Below, piece after piece: positions 19,034 through 29,239 of a DNA stretch of 64,000 bases. Below the pieces are notes generated by a model. The model did not search any database. It saw only the letters and a program-made list of their open reading frames with translations, and was not told the origin of the DNA. The position numbers and the translations under genes were made by a program. The stretch comes from Candidatus Latescibacterota bacterium (lineage in GTDB: Bacteria > Latescibacterota > UBA2968 > SICM01). The number at the start of each line of letters is the position of its first letter. Position 1 is the first letter of the stretch. The DNA lies in contig CBDCJO010000002.1 in assembly GCA_965217865.1 (NCBI GenBank), forward strand, positions 5,696,001 to 5,760,000. The letters run 5' to 3'.

Positions 19034-20197
19034 ATGGAGATCGCAATAGACGGCGCACATTCCGTATTCAGCTTTATCGAGCGAACGGCTGAAAATGTGT
19101 CCAATGGATTCAGATGGAAGACCATCGATTACCATAACGAACCTCAGTATGACTACAACGTTTTCAACGGTTCGGGCGGAATCAGTTTCTTTCTGGCCGA
19201 GTACTATAGATTGACGAATTCAACGGCAGCTCTTGATCTTGCGATAGGTGCCAATCAGTGGTGTTCATCGGACGAACGCAAAGGATTCTCTCGTGGACTT
19301 CTCACCGGAAAAACCGGGGTCGCCATGGCCTGTTTGCATCTGTCGCAGATAGCTCAGGAGCCCGAATATCGAACCTATTGCGCTAAGAACGCTGAGATTC
19401 TGCTCAGAGAAGATCCAGGTCCAATGACCGACCTGATGGGAGGAGCCGCAGGGAATGGACTTTTTCTGTTACGACTATGGCAGGCCACCGAAGATGAGCG
19501 GTACCTCAGTGGCGCCTGTCACTGCGGAGAATGGTTAGAGAAGCAGATGGTACGTGATGAGAAAGGATGCTACTGCCTTACAAGCACGGACGGTAAGTGG
19601 GGTGACATCCCTACCAGCGGCGTCGCTCACGGGGTCTCCGGAGTGACTCACTTTCTTCTCCATCTACACGATGCGACGAAGGACAAAAGATGGGCATCAC
19701 TTGCCAGGGAAATACTGGACACACTGGTACGACACGCCATTCCTGACAAAGGTGGGCTTAACTGGGGCATGAAACTCGACGGGCCCATCACCCGATGCGC
19801 TTGGAGTCACGGCTCTCCAGGCATTGGTCTGGTGTTCTTGAAGGCGAATGAAGTACTGGAGGACCGATCGTATTATGAGATTGCGTTGAAGTGCGGAGAA
19901 ACCACGTATGCCTATGGAGATTTGAGGCGTAACGTAACTCAATGCATTGGCCTTTCTGGTTCTGGCGAGCTTTTCATTGAGCTATACCGCGCTGGCAATG
20001 AAGAGCTCTGGTTGAACCGTGCCCATGAGTTTGCCAAAATGGCCTATGGTTACAAAGAGGAACTTCCTGAGGGAGATGCGTGGCCAACAGACGAACCGGG
20101 TTTATACTCAGCGGATTTCATGTATGGTGCTGCCGGAGTTGGCCACTATTTTTTAAGATTGTGGAAGCCCCGAGAAATCCAGATGCCGCTCATGTGA
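19034..20197 (+). CDS. Lanthionine synthetase C-like (LanC-like) alpha/alpha toroid protein, standalone
   Basis: Repeated GxxG motifs: FNGSGGI, LTGKTGV, MGGAAG, AHGVSGV, WSHGSPGI, CIGLSG, MYGAAGV. Confidence 0.85.
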   Translation: MEIAIDGAHSVFSFIERTAENVSNGFRWKTIDYHNEPQYDYNVFNGSGGISFFLAEYYRLTNSTAALDLAIGANQWCSSDERKGFSRGLLTGKTGVAMACLHLSQIAQEPEYRTYCAKNAEILLREDPGPMTDLMGGAAGNGLFLLRLWQATEDERYLSGACHCGEWLEKQMVRDEKGCYCLTSTDGKWGDIPTSGVAHGVSGVTHFLLHLHDATKDKRWASLAREILDTLVRHAIPDKGGLNWGMKLDGPITRCAWSHGSPGIGLVFLKANEVLEDRSYYEIALKCGETTYAYGDLRRNVTQCIGLSGSGELFIELYRAGNEELWLNRAHEFAKMAYGYKEELPEGDAWPTDEPGLYSADFMYGAAGVGHYFLRLWKPREIQMPLM

Positions 20198-20260
20198 AGC
20201 TTTTACATGGGGTGGCACAAAAGCGGTGCCCACCCTTGGCGCCCTTTTAATCTTTATACA

Positions 20261-21019
20261 ATGTTAGATTCGGATCTTGTAGAAATTGAGATAAAGAAAA
20301 GGCCATACGTTCCTGTAATAATTAACGGGTCAGGCCCCTTCTCGTTCCTATTGGATACAGGATCCCTCGGTTCATATGTTTCACACGATCTCGCTGGACC
20401 ATTGGGACTTCAACCCGATGAACGGGATGTCATTAAGCTGGATATTTTTTGCATCGGATCAGCTGTCTTCAAGGATTTGGTGCTTGTTCTGAGAGACAAC
20501 ACCAAGGTTTCCGAGATTACTGGTACTCGTGTCGATGGGTTCATCGGGACCCGATTTCTTTCCGATCTGGTTTTATTCATCGACTACCCTGACAAAACCG
20601 TTCGGTTAACTGATGGTACTATAACCGACGAAAATGTAGAGACAATAAATATCCGGATGAGCCAAGACTATCCTCTGGTGCCAGTTATGGTCCACAATTC
20701 CGGCCCATATTGGTTTCTGTTGGATACAGGTGCCCATAAGTCTATTATCTCAAATGGTTTGGCTGACAAACTGAAGCTCCCGCGAGGAGAAAAGGGCCTC
20801 GCTCGGGGGGCAGTGGACTCGAAGGAAGTTCATCATTCAACGGTGAAATCAATCTCCATTGGCTCAGCTATCTGTGTGGACCTCCCTGTCGATTTGATGG
20901 ACTGCTCCCAGGTATCCGGATATGCTGGTACTGAAGTTCAGGGGTTAATAGGCCACAATTTTCTGAAAGAATTCTCTCTCACGATGAACTTCCAGAAAAA
21001 GATTTTGTCAATTTCTTGA
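20261..21019 (+). CDS. Two-domain retropepsin-like aspartyl protease
   Basis: Two FLLDTG motifs and two G.IG..FL motifs. Confidence 0.85.
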   Translation: MLDSDLVEIEIKKRPYVPVIINGSGPFSFLLDTGSLGSYVSHDLAGPLGLQPDERDVIKLDIFCIGSAVFKDLVLVLRDNTKVSEITGTRVDGFIGTRFLSDLVLFIDYPDKTVRLTDGTITDENVETINIRMSQDYPLVPVMVHNSGPYWFLLDTGAHKSIISNGLADKLKLPRGEKGLARGAVDSKEVHHSTVKSISIGSAICVDLPVDLMDCSQVSGYAGTEVQGLIGHNFLKEFSLTMNFQKKILSIS

Positions 21020-21054
21020 GTAACCCCACCCCGAATTGCGTGGAAGAGGAACCA

Positions 21055-21799
21055 ATGAAAAAGAATACCCAGCCGATTACAGGTTGCGGCGAAGGTGATA
21101 TCTTCGTCGTGGAGTCAAACTCGGGAAGTCTGTAGAGTTCGGGAATACCTGATCGTGACAGGAGAAAAGGAAGGCGTTGCCCTTACTGCTGCGTCCACAG
21201 GAATCGGGGGGCCGTCAACGGCCATTCTCCTGGAGGAATTAGCCAAGTTGGGAGCCCGCGTGTTTATCCGTGTGGGCAATAGCGGTGCTTTGGCTGACTC
21301 TGTATCGGTCGGGGAGTATGTCATCACAACAGGAACTGTGAGGGACGATGGAACTTCAAAGAGCTATGTCATACCGGAGTATCCCGCCGTTTCACATTTT
21401 GAGGTGGTCAACGCATTAATCCGATCAGCTCAAGAGGCTGAGGTTAAGTTTCACGTAGGCATTACCTGGTCTATCGATGCATTTTATGCCCGGAATAAGG
21501 TTCTTACACCCGAGGGCGAGATTAGTTCAATGTCTTATTCCGGCTATACACAACAATCGATGAATCCACTACTCGAAGATCTCAAACAGGCTGGCGTAAA
21601 AAACTGCGACATGGAGGCGAGCACCATACTCACCCTATCGAGTTTATTTGGGTTGAAAGCAGGGTGTATTTGTACAGTATCGGACCGTACCCCCTGGCCC
21701 GGTCCTTCTTCTGAATCTTTGGATTTAGATCGAAATATGGCAGGATGTATTGACATCGCAGTAAAGGCCATGTTAGAAGTGGCAAAAGCCGAACAATAA
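21055..21799 (+). pseudogene. Nucleoside (uridine-type) phosphorylase with an N-terminal deletion/frameshift
   Basis: MKKNTQPITGCGEGDI, then a frame change to ISSSW..REY..STGIGGPS..EEL..IRVG..DMEAS; the GDPxR segment is missing. Confidence 0.75.
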
Positions 21800-21839
21800 A
21801 TTTGACACCTGATGCCCCTCCAAACTTCCCAACCTTCCC

Positions 21840-22253
21840 ATGGAGATAATCCCGAAAGCTGGGGCTTTACCCTACCGAAGGCTAGACTCAGGTGAGATTG
21901 GATTCTTAGTAATCTCACGACATGATTCAGATCACTGGATCTTGCCGATGGGTAAAATTGATCCTGGTGAGACTCCTGAAGAAACAGCTAAGCGGGAAGC
22001 CCAGGAGGAAGCAGGTGTTGAAGTTCAACCTAAAGATTCTATCGGGGTTCTTTCTTTTATCGACAAATCAGGATTAAAGCAGGACGTTGCCTTCTATATG
22101 GCGGAGTATATTGGAGATGCGGAGTGGCCTGAACAGCATCTGCGTCGTAGGCGCTGGATAGCATTAAACCAGGCTGAGAAGGTAATCGCCCCAGATTTCA
22201 TTACATTTGTCAGGACAGCTCGGAACCTGATTGAGCCAATGGCCAAAGAATAG
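21840..22253 (+). CDS. NUDIX hydrolase
   Basis: Nudix box GKIDPGETPEETAKREAQEEAG. Confidence 0.9.
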   Translation: MEIIPKAGALPYRRLDSGEIGFLVISRHDSDHWILPMGKIDPGETPEETAKREAQEEAGVEVQPKDSIGVLSFIDKSGLKQDVAFYMAEYIGDAEWPEQHLRRRRWIALNQAEKVIAPDFITFVRTARNLIEPMAKE

Positions 22254-22320
22254 CAATAGAAAACATCTCACTCTAACCCGGTTCGCGCACGCCTTACATT
22301 TTCTAACGGATACTACAACA

Positions 22321-23070
22321 TTGGATTACGACCGCACTGAGATACCCGCAACCTACGCAAGGGCAAGGAAGCTCCCCGAAGCCACACTAAGGGTTTGGTT
22401 GGACGCAATTTCGGAACGAATCGTTGGATCAATCAACTGCATCTTAGACGTTGGATGCGGGACAGGACGGTTTTCTGAGCCCCTTGCCAGAAATTTCGGG
22501 GCAAAGCTTATTGGGATAGACCCATCTTTCAGGATGCTGGACCGAGCTCCAGTTGCCGGGAACAGGGGAATTGCGAAATTTGTCAACGGAGATGCTCATT
22601 CTCTCCCGATCAAGGATGGATCATTTGACTTGATATTTCTGTCAATGGTGTACCACCACCTGGATAAACCTGCCAGAGCAATTCAGGAGTTTCAACGGGT
22701 GGTCCGGCCGGGTGGTAGCCTGGGTATTCGAAATTCAACCCTGGATCTCCTGGATACGGTGCCATATCTCAAGTATTTTCCGTCCGCACGTCAAGTCTGT
22801 GATAAAATGCTTCCCGGAACATCAGAGCTCATTGCAGAAATTGAAAGGACCGGATTCCTTCTGGTTGACCACACAGTAATTAATCAAGCATTCGCCGGAT
22901 CATTCAAGGAATACCGTGAAAGAATCGCTCAACGGGCTCAATCGGATTTGGCGAGTATACCGGATTCAGAGTTTAAGCAGGGGTTAGAAGAGATGGAAAG
23001 AGACGAGGACTCGCGGGTGCCCGGGCCAATCATTGAACCGGTAGACCTGTTCGTATTCAGCCGATCCTGA
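22321..23070 (+). CDS. Class I SAM-dependent methyltransferase
   Basis: ILDVGCGTG, GIDPS..ML, GDAHSLP, RVVRPGG; TTG start inferred. Confidence 0.88.
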   Translation: MDYDRTEIPATYARARKLPEATLRVWLDAISERIVGSINCILDVGCGTGRFSEPLARNFGAKLIGIDPSFRMLDRAPVAGNRGIAKFVNGDAHSLPIKDGSFDLIFLSMVYHHLDKPARAIQEFQRVVRPGGSLGIRNSTLDLLDTVPYLKYFPSARQVCDKMLPGTSELIAEIERTGFLLVDHTVINQAFAGSFKEYRERIAQRAQSDLASIPDSEFKQGLEEMERDEDSRVPGPIIEPVDLFVFSRS

Positions 23071-23120
23071 CAGAAATCAGCACATCTGGTACCACCTCCA
23101 GGCATCCGAGACAACACGCC

Positions 23121-23577
23121 ATGAACGAACGGAATGCTGTAAGAGCTATAATTCTTACCTCGAATGGCCGGATTTTGCTCATGAAGATCCAAGAACCCAT
23201 CACCGGAAATCAGTTTTGGATCACCCCTGGAGGGGCCCCAGAGAAACACGAAACTGCTGAGGAAGGGTTGCGGCGTGAGCTCGTGGAGGAGACGGGACTT
23301 GAAGAGTTCCAGATCGGTCCACTTCTGTGGACTCGAGAACATCACTTCACTTGGAATGGCAAGGAATACTTCCAAAAGACAAACAGACCATTTTGAACCT
23401 CGGATGGACGAGCTGGCAGCTCCCGGAGAATGGTCTGCTTTCCGTGGCTTTCGGTGGTGGAACCTTGACGAAATAGAGATGTCAGATGAGACTTTCGCCC
23501 CCCGTCGTATCCACACGCTCCTTGGACAGCTTATAGAAAATGGACCACCGGAACATGCATCAGATGCTGGAATTTGA
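23121..23577 (+). pseudogene. NUDIX hydrolase, frameshifted near 23380
   Basis: WITPGG...RRELVEETG in frame 1; FRWW.LDEI...FAP.. C-terminus in another frame. Confidence 0.78.
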
Positions 23578-23697
23578 CAAACTCGTTCCGCGAGTTCGTG
23601 GGTGCCATGACTTATGTACGCAATATTGGTCAACATCGGTTGGGAGCAGATTGGCCCTGGTGGGCTTCCTCACAGATTTGAATAGGTAACCAAGGAA

Positions 23698-24855
23698 ATG
23701 GAAATCAATGAACAATATCTCCTTGAAACTCTAAGGAGGATGATCGGTATTGATTCTGTGGTACCGAACGAAGAGTGTCTCTCACAGTTCATTACTGATG
23801 AGCTTGAAAGGATGGGAGTCGAAGTAGAATGGGACGAGATTGCTCCCGGTAGACCTAATGTCTATGCCACTGCAGATCTGGGCCCATCTGAGAGATATCT
23901 TGTTTTCTCAGGTCACTCGGACACGGTCGGGGTGGCCTCCGGCTGGGAGACGGACCCCTTCACAATGACGGAGAAGGGCGACCGTCTTTACGGTTTAGGC
24001 ATCTATAACATGAAGGGAGGACTGGCCTGTTCCCTTGCGGCCTTTAAAGCATTGATCGAAGCCGAGGAGTGGCGCGGAAAGCTCGGTCGTCTGGGATTTG
24101 CCGCGACGGTGGACCAGGAGGGACACAGCATTGGAGCCAGGGCCCTATTGAAAACCCAGCACGGCAGATGTGACGCAATGCTGCACGCCGAGCATTTCTA
24201 CGGCGATTCCCAAGAGGACTACCTGCCTATCGCAGCAACAGGAAAGGTCCTATACAGACTGGTGGTGAAAGGCCGAGCGGCTCACGCCTTCAGACCCCAT
24301 CTCGGTGGGATAAATGCAGTAGAGGATGCTTCTCGAATCGTGTCTGCATTAAACGGGCTCCGACTTCGAGACCATCCGCTGTTCGGGAAGGGAACTGTTT
24401 GCGTGCTGAAAATCGAGGGAGGATACAAGGAATATTCCATTGTCGTTCCCGAGGAATGTGAGGTTGTAATCACCCGCTTAACCGTACCAGGAGAAACGAG
24501 AGAGGTTGCCGTAGAAGATATGCGAGAGCTCATTAGTTCTCTGCACCTTGACTCTGAAGTAGACATCGAGACTCCACCACCCAGCTACGATCCTTACTTT
24601 CTCGAAGAGGATGCAGGGATCTTAAAGCCATTCAGGAAGGCCTACCGGATGGAGGTTGGTAAGGAGCCTTACTTTGCCGGTCATCGAGGCATCGTAGATG
24701 CCAACGTTTTTGTCAGCGAAGGGAATATTCCCACTGTCGTGTTTGGGCCCAAGGGTGGAAATCATCACTGTCCCGGCGAATATGTGGAGAAATCGACCCT
24801 GGTTCCAGTTGCGAGGGTGTTCGCTAAAACTGCTTGTGAATTTCTCTGTCAGTAG
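23698..24855 (+). CDS. M20 family peptidase/deacylase (ArgE/DapE-like)
   Basis: GHSDTV, YGLG..NMKGG, VDQEG, GRAAHA, NAV, FGP, H..GE. Confidence 0.9.
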   Translation: MEINEQYLLETLRRMIGIDSVVPNEECLSQFITDELERMGVEVEWDEIAPGRPNVYATADLGPSERYLVFSGHSDTVGVASGWETDPFTMTEKGDRLYGLGIYNMKGGLACSLAAFKALIEAEEWRGKLGRLGFAATVDQEGHSIGARALLKTQHGRCDAMLHAEHFYGDSQEDYLPIAATGKVLYRLVVKGRAAHAFRPHLGGINAVEDASRIVSALNGLRLRDHPLFGKGTVCVLKIEGGYKEYSIVVPEECEVVITRLTVPGETREVAVEDMRELISSLHLDSEVDIETPPPSYDPYFLEEDAGILKPFRKAYRMEVGKEPYFAGHRGIVDANVFVSEGNIPTVVFGPKGGNHHCPGEYVEKSTLVPVARVFAKTACEFLCQ

Positions 24856-24919
24856 ATCCGTTTCTAATTGTCACTTGTGAAAAACCGGCGAAAATCAGTG
24901 GATTGTTTCGAAAGCCACG

Positions 24920-25197
24920 TCCTGAGCCCTTCGACAAGCTCAGGATAAACTCCGTCTAAGGAGGCACTAAATTCTGTTTGACACCTAGTGCCCGGCTTAG
25001 GCGCGCCCAGTCTCCACGGCGTTTGAGCGTCCTTCGACTGCGTCCCCCAAACACCGGGGGACTCCGCTCAGGATGTAGTCAAAAAGAACACTCAAAATCA
25101 GAACTATGACGAATACCCGCGATCAAGATAACATCCTGAGCCCTTCGACAAACTCAGGATAAACTCCGCGGAGCGCCAGCGTCGCCTAGTCGAAGGG
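24920..25197. repeat. Cluster of REP-like palindromic repeats
   Basis: TCCTGAGCCCTTCGACAA(G/A)CTCAGGATAAACTCCG at 24920-24954 and 25134-25168, with a related inverted unit between. Confidence 0.75.
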
Positions 25198-25316
25198 TGA
25201 CTTGCGATTTCGGACATTCATCTCAGGCCAGCGGTATTGTTAAATGTAAGACTAATTTTCATATACTAGGAAAACTCAATGACACAGAACTATTGACCAC
25301 AAAAAGGAGCTACCAA

Positions 25317-26030
25317 GTGAGTCTCGCGGGCCTTCCTGTTGGAGAACCTGTGGATGAAGGCAGTATGCAGGATGTCCCTAGGAAAGGGGAATATGGGGGA
25401 CAGTTTGTTTCTCTGTCGCCAATAAATCCCGATTTTGATGTTCAGGAGCTTTACAACTGCTCGCACGGAACCGAGGAGAAAGAGTTGGTTTGGACCTATA
25501 TGGGATATGGGCCATTCAAAAACGAGAATTCAATGTGCGTGTGGCTTCAGGAAAATGCAGAATCTTCGGATCCCATCTTCTTCACAGTTCATCAGAAGCC
25601 TTCAGGTCGGCGAGTGGGGATGGTCAGCTTTCTCAACCTCGCACCGGACGTGCGGAGACTTGAGATAGGTCATATCTGGTATGGGCCGGAAGTTCAAAGA
25701 ACGAACGTGAATACGGAAGCCGTTTACCTGATGCTCAATGAGGCATTCGATCGACTCCGATATCGTCGAGTAGAGTGGAAATGTGATTCATTAAATGAAC
25801 GATCCCGCTCTGCCGCGAATCGACTAGGGTTCAAGTTCGAAGGAATTTTCAGATATCATCTTATTGTCAAAGGACGGAATAGAGATACGGCTTGGTATTC
25901 AATGTTGAACTCTGAATGGCCCCCAATCAAAAAGAATCTGGAGACCTGGCTATACAATAATAGTGATGACAAAAGCGTTTCACTGCGCAAGCTGACCGCC
26001 GAGGCAAATCAAAAGACACCTGACTCATGA
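25317..26030 (+). CDS. GNAT family (RimJ/RimL-like) acetyltransferase
   Basis: LEIGHIW, YRRVEWKCDSLN..SR.AA.RLGF.FEG.FR, RNRDTAWYS; AGGAG RBS before GTG. Confidence 0.9.
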   Translation: MSLAGLPVGEPVDEGSMQDVPRKGEYGGQFVSLSPINPDFDVQELYNCSHGTEEKELVWTYMGYGPFKNENSMCVWLQENAESSDPIFFTVHQKPSGRRVGMVSFLNLAPDVRRLEIGHIWYGPEVQRTNVNTEAVYLMLNEAFDRLRYRRVEWKCDSLNERSRSAANRLGFKFEGIFRYHLIVKGRNRDTAWYSMLNSEWPPIKKNLETWLYNNSDDKSVSLRKLTAEANQKTPDS

Positions 26031-26184
26031 TATTGCTGCCTGCGATCAAGATTTGATTCTCTTGTGGGGATGTTTTCGATGTTAACTGCAGAGTGTGTTT
26101 TTTTATCACGGTACACAAGGCACAACACCGAGTTCCCGCCTCCGAACCCAGGAGACGGCGTGTCCTCTTCACTGCAGGGTGAAT

Positions 26185-26312
26185 GTGAATAGGCCCCCCA
26201 CACAGCGAATGCTTGAGTTCGGCCTCTACGTTGAGGATGTCGCGCGGGCGGCTGACTTCTACGCCCGTGTCCTGGGGTTTCGAACCCTGAGTTTGAACGA
26301 ACGGATTGGCGT
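26185..26312 (+). pseudogene. N-terminal fragment of a VOC/glyoxalase protein
   Basis: LEFGLYVEDVARAADFYARVLGF, truncated where the IS1595-like fragment begins. Confidence 0.65.
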
Positions 26313-26705
26313 GCGAAACGTGGTATAAATCCGCTGAGCCGTTTTCAGCGATACGGACAGGTAGTGCCTGGATCGGTAAGAGGGCACTCCCAATACAAAC
26401 AGATAAAGTAAATGGGCAAGCTCGTCAAATGAAATTCGAAGCCTTTCAAGATAAGTGCCCGTGAAATCTTTAAACCGATATCCACACCGTGAACACCTGA
26501 ACCGATCGTCTTTTAATAAGGGCAACCTGCGCTGATAATCGCAGCTTGGACATCGCCTTTTTCCACCCCAACGGGCTGCACGAAAATAGGCCCTACTTAT
26601 CTTGCAGTCATTTGCTAACTTAAGTGGATTAATTACCAGCATATTATTAATATACGCTGGTGCCAATATCTACTCAATCACCTTATCTTTTAGCAATGCA
26701 CGGCC
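26312..26705 (-). mobile_element. Truncated IS1595-family transposase (N-terminal zinc ribbon only)
   Basis: RW...CPSC...RFRCSRC..RF.DFTGT; no catalytic domain; end coordinates approximate. Confidence 0.7.
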
Positions 26706-27195
26706 ACTTCTGCAACCCAAAACGTTATCTGCAACCTGAACCCGCTTTATTAGGAGGATTCTGGTCTGGGGCTGAACTTCGAAGAACCGACAGAGGACGT
26801 AATTGTAGCTCTAGAGCAATCGATTCCTCTTGTCATGGAACATGAGGGATACGCCTCTCTGTTGGCAGAACAGCCCGAACTGGCAGAGAAGGCCCCTTTA
26901 ACCCAACCGACAAAATCCTGTATCGGCCTATCAGTTGCCTTGATTAGAGACTCTGAATGTGTCTGGGCAAAGGGGTTCGGTTTGCGCAGTTCCGAAACTC
27001 GGGAGCCAGTCACGTCTGACACAGTGTTCTCATCTTGGTCATGTGTCAAGCCTGTCTCAGCCTATGCCGCTCTAAGACTGTATGAGCTTGGGGCCCTCGA
27101 TCTCGACCGCCCCATCTGCGAGCTAGTTTCCGATCCATTCATCCCAAATGAGTCGCGAGTGGAGAAGGTAACTGCTCGCATGGTGCTCTCTCACA

Positions 27196-28284
27196 CTAGT
27201 GTCGTGTCCCGCCAATAAGTTCAAATAGTCGCTTAATCTTTTCGAGGATGGATTCTGCGGTGGCAGTCCACACAAAGGGTTTTGAATTTGAGTTGTAGTG
27301 ATCGGCGAATTTCTTGATGTTATTGACCAGATCTTTCACGCTACGAAAGGAACCCCGGCGGATTGCCTTTTGTGTAATGATGTTGAACCAGATCTCGACT
27401 TGGTTTAGCCAGGACGCGTAAGTGGGTGTATAGTGGACCTGATATCTTGGCCGGGCTGCAAGCCATTGTTTGGTTTTAGGGTGCTTGTGCGTGCCATAGT
27501 TGTCCAAGACCAGGTGAATATCGAGATCCTCCGGGACGTTTGCCTCGATGTGCTTTAGGAATTGAAGGAATTCCTGATGACGGTGTCTCGGTTTACATTG
27601 TGTTAACACTTTTCCCGAGGCGATCTCTAGAGCAGCAAACAGCGTCGTTGTCCCGTGTCTGATGTAGTTGTGAGTTACGCCTTCGACGTAACCCAAACCC
27701 AGTGGCAGAATCGGTTGCGTTCGATCTAATGCTTGGACCTGGCTTTTCTCGTCCACACAGAGCACCATAGCATTGTCTGGCGGGTTGAGGTAGAGCCCGA
27801 CAACGTCCCTGACCTTCTCTACAAAGAAGGGATCGTTTGAGAGTCTGAAGTGTTTCTGTCGATGAGGTTGAAGTCCGAAGGCTTTCCAGACTCGCTGAAC
27901 GGTGGACTTGGAGAGCCCAGTCTCAGCTCCGATGGACCGACAGGTCCAGTGAGTTGCATGCCTTGGCTTTGTCTTCAAGGTTTTGCCAATGAGCCTGGCA
28001 ATCTTCTGGTCGGAGATTGAACGTGGACCTCCAGGACGCATCTCGTCGTAAAGCCCCATCAGCCCTTGAGCACAATAACGATTACGCCATTTCCCAATCG
28101 TGGCATAGGACAGTCCCAGCTTCTGGCCTATCTGTAGATTCGTGAGTCCGATATCACTCATCAGTATGATCTTCGCACGGCGCACCAAAGAATGCGGTAA
28201 GATCCGCGAACCAGATATCGCCTTCAATTCACTTCGGACTTCATCACTAAGGTTCAATGGCTGCAATGGACGTCCCATTTTCAT
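27196..28284 (-). CDS. IS630 family transposase
   Basis: VDEKSQVQAL, YIRHGTTTLFAAL, LDNYGTHK, SWLNQVE. Confidence 0.95.
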   Translation of the reverse strand: MKMGRPLQPLNLSDEVRSELKAISGSRILPHSLVRRAKIILMSDIGLTNLQIGQKLGLSYATIGKWRNRYCAQGLMGLYDEMRPGGPRSISDQKIARLIGKTLKTKPRHATHWTCRSIGAETGLSKSTVQRVWKAFGLQPHRQKHFRLSNDPFFVEKVRDVVGLYLNPPDNAMVLCVDEKSQVQALDRTQPILPLGLGYVEGVTHNYIRHGTTTLFAALEIASGKVLTQCKPRHRHQEFLQFLKHIEANVPEDLDIHLVLDNYGTHKHPKTKQWLAARPRYQVHYTPTYASWLNQVEIWFNIITQKAIRRGSFRSVKDLVNNIKKFADHYNSNSKPFVWTATAESILEKIKRLFELIGGTRH

Positions 28285-28363
28285 CGGTTCCTCCTTGGAT
28301 AAGGGTATAAGGAACCATAAGACGAATCCATTACTTTGTCAAGTTATTTCTGGGACATAACAC
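27199..28363 (-). mobile_element. IS630 family element
   Basis: Termini GTGTCGTGTCCC / GGGACATAACAC; TA duplication (27197-98, 28364-65) in target CACTAGTG. Confidence 0.92.
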
Positions 28364-29035
28364 TAGTGGACTCTCACATAATGAACCAGAGAGACAGTTT
28401 TTCCACGAGCCTGGAGAGAAGTTTCGATATTCCAATCAAGGATTTGCTTACCTTCAACTCGCAATGGAGCAGTTGACTGGCGTATCGTTTACACAGCACC
28501 TTCAGGAGAGTGTCCTCCAGCCTTTGGGCATGACCGGTAGCAGCCTCGACTGGTGCGATCAATACCAATCCAAGGTCAGCTGATCTACACAACGGTGATG
28601 GAACAGTCCACGACCCAGGCTACAGCTTCTACAAGAGCCATCACAATCAGGCATTTCACGGCTTGCTTACGACACCGTCAGCGTATGCTCAGTTTGTCTG
28701 TCAGATTCTGCAACCTTCGGTCACTCCAGGAGCGGCTGGTGCTTCCCAGATGCTGAGACCAATGACAGCAATCAGTGACACACTCTCCTGGGGACTTGGA
28801 TGGGGCATTGAGCACTCGATGGATGGCGACCTATTCTGGCACCACGGTGGATTTGGTCACAATCTGATTATGGCGTCAAAGGCTCACAAGATTGGCATAG
28901 TCATTTTCACAAACTGCGCCGGCGGACTCAGCTTTGAGAGGATCGTTGAAGCTGCACTTGGAGGCAGTCATCCGATCCTGCCTTGGCGAGGGCCTTGGTA
29001 TACGCCTTTCTGATTCTTAGCATCGTTCAGGCAGC

Positions 29036-29215
29036 AGATAACACGAGCGCCCCCGGCTCCGGCTCCTTCGCGCCTTCGCCCAAACCACCATCCTCCTTCG
29101 CTGCTGCCCACCTACGCTGCCACCTTCGCTGACGCTTCGGTGGCCAAGGAAGCTATGGTGGGCAAGGCGCAGCTTTGGAGGACAAAAGGTGGTTCGCACA
29201 CGCCAGACGTTAAAT
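29036..29215 (+). repeat. attC-like site with nested palindromes in its loop
   Basis: AGATAAC ... GTTAAAT; GCAGATAAC (29034-29042) is the exact reverse complement of the upstream boundary GTTATCTGC (26724-26732). Confidence 0.65.
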
Positions 29216-29239
29216 TCAAGCAGCGCAAGAGGAACACCT

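Larger units (their letters stand above)
26835..29013 (+). pseudogene. Serine hydrolase (class C beta-lactamase-like), split by IS630 and frameshifted near 28575
   Basis: SCVK (SxxK); LSHT|SG joined across the IS; EPGEKFRYSN (YxN); PLGM; WHHGG. Confidence 0.85.

Noticed and set aside
18989-21019. Lanthipeptide biosynthetic cluster
   Set aside because: No dehydratase/kinase, transporter or Ser/Thr/Cys-rich precursor nearby.
24920-25197. Possible CRISPR array (35-bp direct repeats)
   Set aside because: Only two copies ~180 bp apart with an inverted unit between; palindromic REP-like; no cas genes.
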